A stretch of DNA of 63,557 bases, the filler included, from Chiloscyllium plagiosum (taxonomy: Eukaryota): the NCBI RefSeq assembly GCF_004010195.1. It is 6 parts of one record of this genome, joined end to end, with 100 filler letters (N's around TTAATTAATTAA, not from the genome) between each part and the next. Parts side by side here need not be neighbours in the genome. Positions count along the whole stretch, not along the records: positions 1 to 12,907 come from NC_057712.1; 5 more parts are not named here. One strand, 5' to 3'. How positions within the stretch are numbered: position 1 is the first letter of the stretch; the number at the start of each line of letters is the position of its first letter. A program made the translations under genes and the position numbers. This document shows, piece by piece, positions 1-12,159 of this stretch. The notes under the pieces were generated by a model, which was given only the letters and a program-made list of their open reading frames with translations, was not told where the DNA came from and made no database searches.

Positions 1-235
1 TCTCCTCTGCACCTTTTCCAATGCTTCCACATCTTTCCTGTGATGTGGCGACTAGACCTGTGCACAATACTCCGAGTGTGGCCACAATAGCAATTTGCAT
101 AGTTGCAGCATGACCTGACGGCTGCGGAACTCAATTCCTACCAAAAGAACCGAACACACTGTATGCCTTTTAACAGCATTATCAACCTGGATGGCAACTT
201 TCAGGGATCTATGTACATGGGCTCCAAGATCCCTC
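1..235 (-). mobile_element. CR1 LINE ORF2 C-terminal fragment
   Basis: Colinear with the CR1 copy at 61515-62270 (gcacaatactcc, ggaactcaattcc, ggcaactttcag, ccaagatccctct). Confidence 0.85.
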
Positions 236-395
236 TATTTTTATTTCAAAAATATACTTTATTCATATAAATGTTTTGATGATCTGTACAATTGGTCATG
301 CCATACATACATAAACATTCCATTCCTTTGCATACAGAAATCGAGTACTCATTCATATATACAGGTCTGTACGTTTACCATTCATAGCCCATGAA
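236..395 (-). mobile_element. 3' tail of an L1/Tx1-type LINE
   Basis: Minus strand ends ...tttatatgaataaagtatatttttgaaataaaaaa: polyA signal plus A-rich end. No coding part is present. Confidence 0.5.
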
Positions 396-480
396 TATTC
401 ATTGATGCTGTGTTTGCTGTATTAATAAATACAGAGAGAGAGAGGGAATCAAGGAAGCTGGATGAAATAAACTTCTGCAG

Positions 481-1128
481 ACACAGATCATGGATATGGA
501 AAAATATATTCAGATACGGGAGTGTGAAACTAAGGAAAGGACCATTCTGGGAGTTGCCAGTTTAGAACAGTTAGGACCAACTATTTCTGTAGAGACCCGA
601 ACTGTAATATGGGAATAACCTGGCCAGGCCCGTGACAGGAAGCAAAGGAGAGGCGACATTTCCACAGTAGTTACCTTGCAGGGAGACTGGAACAGTCAGA
701 GTATCTGGGGAGTTATAGCTAGGACCCATACAACAGTGTGGGTAACTCAAACAGGAATGTGGGTTATTATCTATGGATCCTGTAAAGATCGAGGGCCCTC
801 TCACTGCCCACACAAACCGGATCCCATTAAAGCTGGGGCTGCGGAAGCAATAATTGTGACAGTAACAGGTTGAGAGAAACAGGGAATAGTCAGACCGACA
901 GTATCCCAGACTAATTCACTGAATCCAGACGGCTCATCCCACCTCACTATTGATTATACCTCCCTCAGTAAATCCACCACTAAAGAATATCCTGCAGTTG
1001 CGAACCACACCACTGTATTTAATGGATTGAAATCGCAACAGGATATAGTCTCAGCCCTTGATATTGTGAATGCTTTCTGGTCTCCTGCCTTCCCCCGAGT
1101 GACAGACTGTCTTTTAGTCCTTGTCTAA
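481..1128 (+). pseudogene. pol: Endogenous retrovirus-like protease C-terminus + RT N-terminus (spuma-related/class III-like), decayed
   Basis: Frame +1 reads TILGVASLEQLGPTISVETRTVIW* ... PHKPDPIKAGAAEAIIVTVTG*EKQGIVRPTVSQTNSLNPDGSSHLTIDYTSLSK...VSALDIVNAFWS. A short shifted segment reads QECGLLSMDPVKIEGP. This fits retroviral RT motifs (QYPI..GVI..NSP..PDG.WRL.IDY..LD..N.FW). Confidence 0.8.
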
Positions 1129-1364
1129 CCCCAACCTTGCTCACAACCTGTTACATTTCTGATGGTTCCCAGACCTCTGTAACTTTCACTGCGCCCCCTG
1201 GGTCAATAGCACGAGTTTTGAATTCTCTTCCTCATGAGATAACCGGAAATCTTTCCGGTTGCAGTTTCCCCCAGATTTTATTTTGGAAATAAATAGCATT
1301 TGTGTCAGAGTCAAGTATTTGTGAGCCTTCATCCACAATTCTGAGCACTTCCACATAATCTAAG

Positions 1365-1529
1365 ACCCTCCCACAGATGTGCAGGTTCGCTGGATTGGCC
1401 GTGCTAATATGGCCTGTAGTGTGTAGGTTAGTTGGGTTGGGCTAACCATGGTAAATGTGGGGTTATGGAGGTAGAGTCATTGCAGACTCGATGGATCAAA
1501 TAGTCTCTTTGTGCGCCTCAGGGATTCTG
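1365..1529 (+). mobile_element. V-SINE (HE1-like) 3' fragment
   Basis: ctcccacagatgtgcaggtt...ttggccgtgctaa matches the V-SINE at 60909-61238. Confidence 0.6.
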
Positions 1530-2029
1530 NNNNNNNNNNNNNNNNNNNNNNNNNNNNNNNNNNNNNNNNNNNNNNNNNNNNNNNNNNNNNNNNNNNNNNN
1601 NNNNNNNNNNNNNNNNNNNNNNNNNNNNNNNNNNNNNNNNNNNNNNNNNNNNNNNNNNNNNNNNNNNNNNNNNNNNNNNNNNNNNNNNNNNNNNNNNNNN
1701 NNNNNNNNNNNNNNNNNNNNNNNNNNNNNNNNNNNNNNNNNNNNNNNNNNNNNNNNNNNNNNNNNNNNNNNNNNNNNNNNNNNNNNNNNNNNNNNNNNNN
1801 NNNNNNNNNNNNNNNNNNNNNNNNNNNNNNNNNNNNNNNNNNNNNNNNNNNNNNNNNNNNNNNNNNNNNNNNNNNNNNNNNNNNNNNNNNNNNNNNNNNN
1901 NNNNNNNNNNNNNNNNNNNNNNNNNNNNNNNNNNNNNNNNNNNNNNNNNNNNNNNNNNNNNNNNNNNNNNNNNNNNNNNNNNNNNNNNNNNNNNNNNNNN
2001 NNNNNNNNNNNNNNNNNNNNNNNNNNNNN

Positions 2030-3035
2030 GTGGGGGAAGGGGAAATGAGGAAACTGGTGAAATCCACATTGATGCCATGGGATTGAAATGTTCCAAGAAG
2101 GAAGATGAGGCGTTCTTCCTCCAGGCATCTGGTGGTGAGAGATCGGCGATGGAGGAGGCCCAGGACCTGCATGTCCTTGGCAGAGGGAGGGGGAGTTGAA
2201 ATGTTGGGCCACAGGGCTGTGGGGTTGATTGGTGCGGGTGTCCTGGAGATGTTCCCTAAAGCGCTTGTGAGGAGGCGTCCAGTCTCCCCAATGTAGAGGA
2301 GACCGCATCGGGAGCAATAGATACAATAAATGATATTGGTGGATGTGCAGGTAAAACGTTGATGGATGTGGAAGGATCCTTTGGGGCCTTGGATGGAGCT
2401 GAGGGAGGAGGTGTGGGTGCAGGTTTTGCAATTCCTGCGGTAGCAGGGGAGGGTGCCAGGAAGGGAGGGTTGGTTGTTGGGGCGCATGGACCTGACCAGA
2501 TAGTCATGGAGGGAACGGTCTTTACGGAAAGTGGAAAGGGGTGGGGAGGGAAATATATCCCTAATGGTGGGGTCCGTTTGGAAGTGAGGGAAATATCTTC
2601 GGATTATGTGGTTTTTGCGAAGGTTGGTAGGGTGGAAGGTGAGCACCAGGGTGGTTCTATCCTTGTTACGGTTGGAGGGGTGGGGTCTGAGGGCGGAGGT
2701 GCGGGATGTGGATGAGATGCGTTGGAGGGCATCTTTTAACACATGGGAAGAGAAATTGCGGTCTCTAAGGAAGAAGGCCATCTGATGTGTTCTGTGCTGG
2801 AACTGGTCCTCCTGGGAGCAGATACGGTGGAGGCGGAGGAATTGGGAATATGGGATGGCATTTTTGAGGAGATAGGGTGGGAAGAGTTGTAATCCAGGTA
2901 GCTGTGGGAGTCGGTGGGTTTGTAAAAAATGTCAGTGTCAAGTCGGTCATCATTAATGGAGACGGAGAGGTCCAGGAAGGGGAGGGAGGGGTCAGAGATG
3001 GTCCAGGTGAATTTAAGGTCAGGGTGGAATGTATT
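2030..3035 (-). mobile_element. Penelope-like element (Neptune-type): RT thumb, Cys linker, GIY-YIG endonuclease
   Basis: ORF track shows PCYRRNCKTC and NIIYCIYCSRCGLLYIGETGR...LGTFQSHGIN. Frameshifted; runs into a gap. Confidence 0.92.
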
Positions 3036-3039
3036 GATT

Positions 3040-3360
3040 TTCCTGCTCTTATTTCTCTAGTAGGTACATCCACATACTGAATCAGAAATTTTTCTTGTAC
3101 ACGCTTAAATTCCTCTCCATCTAAACCCTTAACACTATGGCAGTCCTAGTCTGTTTGGAAAGTTAAAATCCTCTACCATTACCACCCTATTATTCTGAGA
3201 GATAACTGAAACCTCTTTACAAATTAGTTTCTCAATTTCCTGCTGACTATTGGAGGTCTTTAATACAATCCCAGTAACTTCCCTGGATGTATTTCTGGGA
3301 ATGTCCTCCCTCAGTACAACTGTAATGCTATCCATTATCAAAAACACCACTCGCCCTCAT
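3040..3360 (-). mobile_element. CR1 endonuclease fragment
   Basis: DSITVVLREDIPRNTSREV...VVMVEDFNFP; nearly identical to 13008-13260. Confidence 0.85.
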
Positions 3361-3511
3361 CAAAAGAAAAATTGGTTCTTGACTCAATACCCTTCTTGTA
3401 AAGAATTGTAGTTCAGCAGTTTTGGGAGGTTGGCCCCAGGTTTCGGTATTTCGAAGGCTTTGCCTGTGCAACAGTATCTAGGCGTTGTGGCCCTGACCTC
3501 CATTTCTCTCT

Positions 3512-3980
3512 GGATCAGTGGTGCTGGAAGAGCACAGCAATTCAGGCAGCATCTGACGAGCAGCAAAATCGACGTTTCGGGCAAAAGCCCTTCATCGGGA
3601 ATAAAGGCAGAGAGCCTGAAGCATGGAGAGATAAGCTAGGGGAGGGTGGGAGTTGGGAGAAAGTAGAGTTGCAGTGGGAGAGGGACTCCCTGAGATTCTT
3701 GTAGAGAGAGGAGGAAAACTTCTTCAAGGCAGGCATCCTTGCAAGAGGATTCTACAAGAATCTCAGGGAGTCCCTCTCCCACTGCAACTCTACTCTCTCC
3801 CCACCCCCATCCTCCTCTAGCTTATCTCTCCACGCTTCAGGCTCTCTGCCTTTATTCCCGATGAAGGGCTTTTGCCCGAAATGTCGATTTTGCTGCTCGT
3901 CGGATGCTGTCTGAATTGCTGTGCTCTTCCAGCACCACTGATCCAGAATCTGGTTTCCAGCATCTGCAGTCATTGTTTTT
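3512..3980. mobile_element. Fold-back Penelope tail insertion (inverted pLTR pair) with 16-bp TSD
   Basis: Arms 3512-3705 and 3751-3944 are reverse complements. acctccatttctctct occurs at 3496-3511 and 3981-3996. Confidence 0.9.
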
Positions 3981-4149
3981 ACCTCCATTTCTCTCTCCCC
4001 ACTGAGACCATCCCTTTCCCACACATGGCATGGAAATGGCAGTTGGGATGGAAATGCATTTGACCCTGGTAGGTATTTCTGGAGTCTGTGCATCTATCAG
4101 GTCGATCATGTGGTTTGCACCAGTGGTCCCAAAGTAAGATTTTGTATTT

Positions 4150-6250
4150 TGTTGATAGCAACAAGAATTAGGGAAAAAAGGCCTTATCTTATAAGAGATT
4201 ATATAACTCTGAATTGCAGAGGGCGCTGGGTGGCCTCATGTGTGAATTACAAAAAGTTAATATGCAGATATATGAAATAACTAGGAAATCTAATAGAATA
4301 TTGTCATTGAGGTTATGCTTCAGTTACACAGGGAACTGGTCGGTCCACATTTGGAGTGTTATGTAGAATTTTGCTTTCATCGTATAAAGAAGGGTAGAAA
4401 TGCATTGGAGCCTGTTCAGAGAAGGTTAACCAAACCAATATCTGAAATGAGAGGGTTGAATTCTGACAAAATATTGAACATGTTATACTTGTGTTTACTG
4501 GAGTTCAGAACAGTAAGGCGTGACTTTTTTGAAAGATATAAATTCTGAGAGGACTTGCCATAATAGGTATGGAGAATATTTTTTGTTTTATGAGAAAACC
4601 TAGAACCAGGGATTGATGAATGGGCACGTGAGTATTTGGAACTCTTCCTGAAAGGGTGGTGGAAGCACAGTCCTTGAAAGTTCTTAAGACAGAGCTAGGT
4701 AGATTGTCATTAAGGATTGAAAGATTATCAGGGTAGGTGGGCATGCATATTTGAGGTTACAATTAGATCAGAAAAATACAGAGGAGGTCAGGTGAAGGAA
4801 AAGGTTGAAATCCAATAAGGAAAATAAAAGCAATAGAACAGTTGTGATTTGGATAATGATAAACTGAGTGGGATAGGAAGGAACAGTGAATTTAATAGTA
4901 ATAGCATATCAGGAAATAAGATGCATGCAAAGATTGATGTATTAAAAAGTAGATTCTTTATTTGAATTTATGAAGCATTCTTAACAAGAGAGATGAACTA
5001 GTAGCGCAATTAGATAATTGGGTTCAAAGATGTGGTTGCAGGATGACCAAAGTTAAGAGGTATAAATTCCATGATATACAATATTTCAAAAAGACAGATA
5101 AAATGGAAAAGGAGGATGTGAAGTCTGCTAGTAAAGGAAGAGGTGTAAACAGTTGGAAGAAAGAAAATTGTACAGAAGATTTCAATTTATTATTAGCATG
5201 GAACAATTGCCTGAGAACGCTGGTGAAGATAGTTTATAGGTTTCTCTACCATTAGATAGAGCTTGAAGGAGGAAATAATTGGAGACTGTAAAAAAAAAGG
5301 CAAAATAATAACCATAAAGAACTTTAATTTTCAAACAAACTAGGCAGATCTTACTGGAAATAGTAATTTGGAAGGTGACCTTGTAGGATGCTGTTCTGGC
5401 AAATTCTGAGATAAATACATTGTGCAACAAGGGAAATGAGGATTATTTTGTAAATTTTGTATCTGTCTTTACAGAAGAAGTCACACACTACTGAAATTCA
5501 GAAATAGAAGATAATTCATATTAAAAAGCTTAGTGAAACTTGACAATCTCTAAATTAACCAAATCTCAGGATCTGAGCATTATATCCCAGGATGCTACAA
5601 GAGAGAGCTATGGAGGTAGTGGATGCACTGGTTTATCCAAAATTATGTGGATTCTTGAATGGTTTCAGTGAATTAGAAGTTAATAAATGTAACACATCTA
5701 GTCAAGAAAACAGGGAGAGAAGAAATATGTACACTGATTAGTCATTGGGAAAATACTGCAGTCTATTAATATGGAAGTCTTCATAATGCACTTAGAAAAC
5801 CATAGCATGAACAGGCAACATCATTATTATTTTATAAAAGAGACACTGTAATGAACAAATCTATTAGGATGTTTTAGGATATAATTAATAGGATAAGTAA
5901 AGGAGAACCAATAGATGCAGTGTACTTAGATTTCCAAAAGGCTTTCGATAAGGTCCTACACAATAGCTTAATTAACAATGTAATGGCTCATAGAATTTTA
6001 TGTAGCAGATTAGCATGGATAGGGGCTTGGTTAATGGACAGAAAGCAGAGACAAGGGATAGATGGGCTTTTTCAAGTTGGCAAGCTGTGACTAGTGGATT
6101 GCCACGAGGATCGATTAGTACTGGGACCTCAAACTATCATAATCCACGAAAATAACTTTGAGAAAGCAAATAATGTAGATTTGCTAACAGTAAAAAATAG
6201 ATAGGAACGTAAGCTTTGAGAAAGACACAATGAAACTTTAAAAAAAAGTT
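4150..6250 (+). mobile_element. Highly decayed CR1 fragments
   Basis: MLQLHRELVGPHLECYVEFC; gatgcagtgtacttagatttccaaaaggctttcgataagg (DAVYLDFQKAFDK). Confidence 0.75.
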
Positions 6251-6759
6251 TGACAGAATCTAACCCTCTCTGCCCCAGAAAGAGGTTGGATGGTGGTGGG
6301 TCAAGTATAATTGGCTGGGAAAACACAAGGTGCACAGATTGTCACTTTTCTTTTTCTCCTTAAACCAGGACAGGGAAGATGGAGTCCATTAAGTGGCCAC
6401 TTAGGGGCCTCATACCACTGTGGTATATCCAGGTGATCTACAGCAGGCTCAGTTGATGGGGAATATCTTTTACCCGACAGAGATCCTTCACATCACCCAG
6501 CAGCTAGGGGTGCCTTTGGTGAAATAAATCTCTCAGCCCTCCACAATGACTCCCCCTCACCCTTCCAATCTCACACCAGAGCCTGCATCGTCAGCCACAG
6601 TGAACTTACCCTACTGCTCCACACTGGTTGCTTTAGTTGTTGCTATAGACCCAGCAGTGACCACTGCTCCCAGTAATACTGCTGGCATCAAACAGTTGCC
6701 AGGCCTCTGATTGGTGGGCAACTTGTTTGGCCATGCTCCTCCTCTTTAAAGGTACAGGA

Positions 6760-7483
6760 CAACGGACCCGACCACCAGGGATATATTTCCCTCCCCACCC
6801 CTATCCGCTTTCTGCAAAGACCGTTCCCTCTGTGACTACCTGGTCAGGTCCACAACCCAGAACAACCCACCCTCCCCTCCTGGCACCTTCCTCTGCCACC
6901 GCAGGAATTGCAAAACCTGTGCCCACACCTACTCCCTCACCTCCATTCAAGGCCCCAAAGGAGCGTTCCATATCCATCAAAGTTTCACCTTCACATCCAC
7001 AAATGTCATTTATTGTATCCGTTGCTCCTGATGCAATCTCCTCCAAATTGGGGAGACTGGACACCTTCTCACAGTGCACTTCAGGGAACATCTCCGGGAC
7101 ATCCGCACCAATCAACCCCACCCCATTGCCGAACATTTCAACTCCCCCTCCCACTCTGCTGAGGACGTGCAGGTCCTGGGCCTCCTCCACCGCTGCTCCC
7201 TCACCAGCCGACGCCTGGAGGAAGAAAGCCCCATCTTCCATCTCGGAACACTTCAACCCCAGGGCATCAATGTAGACTTCACCAGTTTCCTAATTTCCCC
7301 TCTCCCCACCTTACCCCAGTTCCAACCTGCCACCTCAGCAACACCCTCATGACCTGTCCTACCTGTCAATCCACTTTCCCAGCCTCATTCCTGATGAAGG
7401 GCTTTTGCCCGAAATGTCGATTTTCCTGCTCCTCTGATGCTCCCTGACCTGCTGTGCTTTTCTAGCACCACTCTAATCTTGAC
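6760..7483 (+). mobile_element. Penelope-like element 3' part (GIY-YIG + tail)
   Basis: HFREHLRDIRTNQPHPIAEHFNS...HLGTLQPQGINVDF; same family as 2030-3035. Confidence 0.92.
7387..7423 (+). ncRNA. Minimal hammerhead ribozyme motif (Penelope tail)
   Basis: CTGATGA-A-GGGC(TTTT)GCCC-GAAA-T-GTC. Confidence 0.7.
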
Positions 7484-7589
7484 AGGAATCCTAATATCAA
7501 TTGGTTAACTGCTTGACTGACATTATATCCAATCAACACTCCCAAAAAGGGTGCTGCAGGCTTGGTACTGCTTGTATAAATTTAGCTGG

Positions 7590-8797
7590 CTAAGTAAATG
7601 AGCCGCAAGATGAAAGATGATGTATAACATGAGGAGGTAGGCGATTACTCACTGTAGCGATGTAAAAACACATTATTTTTGAAAGGCATGAACTTTTAAA
7701 TATCAATGTTCAAAGAGATTTGGGCATTATAAGGAACACAGACACTTAGAATATAAATACAACAACCATTAGGATGACAAATTGCATCTTAATCTTTATT
7801 GCAAGAGAACGGGAATCTAAGAACAAGGAAGTCTAGCTACAACTGTACAGGGCTTTCTTAAAATCACGAGGGAGTTGTACATAGTTTTGGTCTCTACTTC
7901 AACGCAGGACACAGGTGCCTTGGAATAGGGATAGCAAAGTCTCTCTAGATTGGTTCCAGGAATGGGAAGACTGCCCCATGATGACAGACTAATAAGTTAG
8001 CTCTGCATTCTTTGGATTTTAGGTAAGTGAGATAAGACCTCATTAAAACATACAAGATTCTTAAGAGGCTTTTTAGGTTAGACTCTGAGACATTGTTTCC
8101 CCTGGCTCAGGCATCTAGAATGTTGAGGCACAGTACCTGCATCTTCCTAAACTATAACCATTATCTTTCAGAAAGACAAGGGAACATTACCATCTACAGG
8201 TTCTACTCCAAGCTGCTCACCAAGCTGACTTGGAAATAAGTTGTTGTTTCTTCTTTGTTGCTGAGTCAAAATCCTATAACCCGTCCCTAACAGCATAGTG
8301 GATACACACTACACTAAATGGTCTGCAGCAGTTCAAAAATGCAGTTGATCACCACCTTCTCAAGGGTAACTAGGAATGGGCAATGAATGCTGGTCCAGCC
8401 AATGATACCCACATCTCCTGAATGAACAAAAAGAAAAGTCACAGGATAATATGCCACGCATTTAGGACCAAGATGAGTACAAACCTCTTTATTGAGGATG
8501 GCTGAGAATCTTTGGAATTCTGTTCACGAGGGTAGGGTAGATGTCCACAGTTGTGTATAATCAATGTTACTATATCACACAGAAGATGGTACGTGTATGG
8601 AATGAGCTGCCAGAAGAGGTGGTAGAGGCTGGTACAATTACAACATTTAAAAGACATTTGGATGGGTTAATGAATGGGAAGGGTTCAGAGGGATATGGGC
8701 TAAATGCTGGCAAATGGGACTAGATTCATTTAGGAATCTGGTCAGCATGGACAAATTGGACTGAAGGGTCCGTTTCCATGCTCTGTGACTCTATGAC
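7590..8797 (+). mobile_element. Decayed CR1 3' fragments, with the 3' end of an older LINE nested at about 8130-8437
   Basis: QKMVRVWNELPEEVVEAGTITTFKRHLD and ctctatgac tail. Nested tail reads caccaccttctcaaggg...cccacatc...aaaa. Confidence 0.75.
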
Positions 8798-9379
8798 ATT
8801 CACTTAAATATCAGTATACTTCATTCATCGCTTTCACCAGTATAAGAACTCAGCTGCCTGCATCCTGTCGCACACTAAGACCTGTTTTCCCGACTTTGTT
8901 GATTTTCACTAATGCCTTGGGTTGGATTTTCAATGTGGCATTGGAAACCTGATCCCTGGATGAATTCTAGGTCCCGTCCCCAACGCACAAACTGCATTGC
9001 TACTGTAATGTGATTTTTAGATATAAATGGTTTAAATGGCCAGGAGACAAGCTTGGCACCTCTAAGTGTCTCCAGGAGGTGGGAGCTGCCTGCCAAGGCA
9101 GTGGCAATCCTGTTGGGAAATACCAATGCTTTGCTGACTAGAACAGGTAGCTCCTCAGAAGTCAATAGAGACAGACGGAGTCAGATGACCACTGCTCTCA
9201 GTGACACTCTGTGGAGGTTCTGGTGTTGGACTGAGGTTAATCACACAACAGGATAGATAGAATTTTGGTCTCTTAGAGACAGAGGTCAACCAGGATTCTA
9301 ATGAATGGCAGAACAAATTCAAGAGACCATATGTTTTTTTCCTGCTAATATTTCTTATGTTTTTATTGTAAATATTCAT

Positions 9380-10250
9380 TGAAAGCCAAGGCGAGCTGGT
9401 TAAATTCTCAATTGTTGGAGGTGGTCGCTGTGTGAGATGACATGAATATTATTTCTCACTTAATTAGACCAAGCTTGAATGTTCCCCAGGTCTTGCTGCA
9501 CATGACCAAATGAACTGATCACTGTGCAATCATTGTAATTAGCCAATTCTGATCTTGCAATGCAGAGAAGGGCTTGGTCATCTGAAGATATTCAGGCCCA
9601 CTGGCTTAAGGAATTCCTGAACTAACATTTGAGATTGTGATGGTTGGTCTCCAACACTCATCACCAATTTCCTATGTGCTGGATATAACTCCAGTGGAAC
9701 ATTTGTTTCCATTCTTGAGCAACTTCAATTTTGCCAGGGCTCCTTCACATCATATTCAGTCAAATGCTGCCTTGATGTCAAGATCAAGCATCCTCATGTC
9801 ACACCTAGAATTCATGTTGTTTGCCTGTTGGTTTCAACCAACACTGTAATGAGATATGAAACCCAAACTGGTCATTAGTAAGAGGAGATTAATAGTGAGT
9901 AAATGTCATTTGACAGTCCTGTCAATGACACGTTCATCGGTTGAAAGTAGGGGAATAATTGGATTTGTCCTGATATTTATGGACAGAGACACAAGGATAA
10001 TGTTCCACTTTGTTAGGTAGATGCCAGAGTTGTAGCTGTAGTGGAACAGATTGGTTAGGGGTGAGGCTAGTTCTGGTGCACAAAGCTTCAGCACTGCAGC
10101 AGGCATTTTGCCAGCATTCACAGCCTTTGCTGTATCCACTGTGTTCTACCTGCCTCCTGATATCATTAGAATGGAAGGAAATGCCTGCAGGCTGGCATCT
10201 GTGAAGGTGAGGGATTTGAATGATACAGGTCATCAATATTGAAACTTCAT
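9380..10250 (-). mobile_element. Older CR1/L2-superclade LINE RT fragment
   Basis: DTAKAV...PAAVLKLCAPELASPLTNLFHYSYNSGIY and cttgatcttgacatcaaggcagcatttgac (LDIKAAFD). Confidence 0.8.
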
Positions 10251-10289
10251 TGCCAGGCTGTACAAGCAGAATCAGTGTAGTGTTCTTCT

Positions 10290-10612
10290 CTCGACCCAGA
10301 ACATATCCAGTCCAATACCATGGGGACGTGTGTGAAAATCATACCACAGCAGCTGATTGAATTTCAATTCAATTGAAAAAAAATCTGGAAGTAAAAACTA
10401 CTCCACCACAGTAACTATGAAACTATCATTAAAATCTGGATCCTTAATGCCCTTTAGGAGAAGAAATCTGCCATTATGTGGTCTAGCTTACATGTGACTT
10501 GAGATGCACAGCAGTCTGGTTGATTATTATCTGCTCTTAAGGGCAATTACAGACGGGTAATAAATGCTGACCTAGCCAATGATGCCTATATCCCACAAAG
10601 AAATACAAAAGA
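10290..10612 (+). mobile_element. Shark SINE sharing its 3' tail with the older LINE
   Basis: Tail gggcaatt...aataaatgctgacctagccaatgatgcctatatccc resembles 8365-8437. A similar copy lies at about 18735-18920. Confidence 0.65.
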
Positions 10613-10669
10613 CCTAATATAGTATACAGCACGTAACAGTTTCAAAGATCTCCTAGCCAGCATTTAAAA

Positions 10670-10790
10670 TAGAATATCTGTCATTTCATTATTAATATTT
10701 GTGGGATATTGCTGTGTGCAGATTAGCTGCTGCATTTCTCTACCCTACAACTGTGACTACACTTCAAAAATACTGTATTGTCTATGAGGT
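10670..10790 (+). mobile_element. Deu-domain SINE relic (SacSINE1/AmnSINE1-like)
   Basis: tttgtgggatattgctgtgtgcagattagctgctgcattt...caactgtgactacacttcaaaaa matches the DeuSINE core as I recall it. Confidence 0.7.
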
Positions 10791-11489
10791 CAATAGAAAC
10801 GAAAATTAGAGAAGATTAACTAAGAGCATCTGAATCAGTATCAACTCATTTTGCATTATCATTCAACATTAAATATACCCAGTGTGCTTAATGATAACTG
10901 ACGAACATGATACAAACCCGTAAATGCAATAGCATTTTGATTTGGAATCACAGAATGATGTAGCACAGAAAGACACCATTTGACCCATTGTGCTTGTTCC
11001 AGCTCTTTGAGAGAGCTATCCAATTAGCCCCAATGTCTTGACTTTTAGGCATAACCCTACAATTCAAGTACTTATCCAATTTCCTTTGAAGAGTTGTTAC
11101 TGAATCTGCTTCTTACTTTCCTCAGATAGTATGCTCTATATCATTACAGCTCTGTGTATTAAAAAAGACTCATCTAGCCTTGTTCTTCTGCAATTTACTT
11201 AAATTGGAGACTTCTGATCATCAACCCTCCCACCAGTGGAAATAGTTTTTCATTTAATCCATCAAAACCATTCTTGACTTTCAATACGTCAAATAATTGT
11301 CACCTTAAAATCTTCTAGAAAATGAATTTATAATTTATCCATCTCTACAGGACCTTTAAATTATGCTAGATTTTAGACAACTTTTCACTCCTTTTCACTA
11401 CAGTCAATTCTTTCAACTTATATAAAGATTGGTTAACAGTTTTATGGCACAAGAAAATACAGTGGAACCTTATTTGTATGAACTTCATA

Positions 11490-12155
11490 TTTTTGACCAG
11501 TGTTTATTGCTATCCCTAGTTACACTTAAGAAGGTGGTGGTGAGCTACTTTCTTGAACGGCTGCAGTCGATATGGTTTAGATAGATCCACGAAGACATTT
11601 AGGAAGGGAGTTTCAAGAATTAGGCCCAACAATATTAAAGGAACAGCATTATATTTCCAAATCAGGATGGCGAGGGGCTTGGAGGGGATCTTGCAAGTCT
11701 TAGTGTTCCCATGTACTTGTTACCCCTGTTGTTTTAGATGGCAGTGGTTGTAGGTTTTGAAGGTGCTGTCTAAGAAGCCTTGGTGAATTTTAGCAGTGGG
11801 TCTTACGGATGGTACACAGTGCTGATACCGTGCATCAGAGGAGAAAGACTGAATGTTTGTGGTTGGAGTGCCAGTCAAGCAGGTTGATTTGACAATGTCA
11901 AGTGTTATTAGAGCTGCACATGGGAAATATTTCATCATAATGCTGACTTGTGCCTTGTGGATGGTAGACAGGCTTTGTGGAATCTGGTAGTGAGTTACTC
12001 ACTGCAAACTTCCTGGCCTCTGACCAGCTCTTGAAGTCACTGCATTGATATGGCTAGTCCAGTTCGGTTTCTGGTCGATCCACAGAATTTTGATTGTTTG
12101 TATTCAGTGATGTTGATGCCATTGAATGTCAAGAAATTATGGTTAGGTTCTCTAT
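11490..12155 (-). mobile_element. Older CR1/L2-superclade LINE 3' end
   Basis: Reverse complement of the tail family at 8130-8437; colinear with 49200-49780. Confidence 0.75.
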
Positions 12156-12159
12156 TATA

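Noticed and set aside
513..521. DTG triplet that could be the retroviral protease active site
   Set aside because: It is in a different frame and too close to the ILG motif; probably coincidental.
1455..2431. Long ORFs crossing N runs
   Set aside because: Their length is an artefact of untranslatable Ns.
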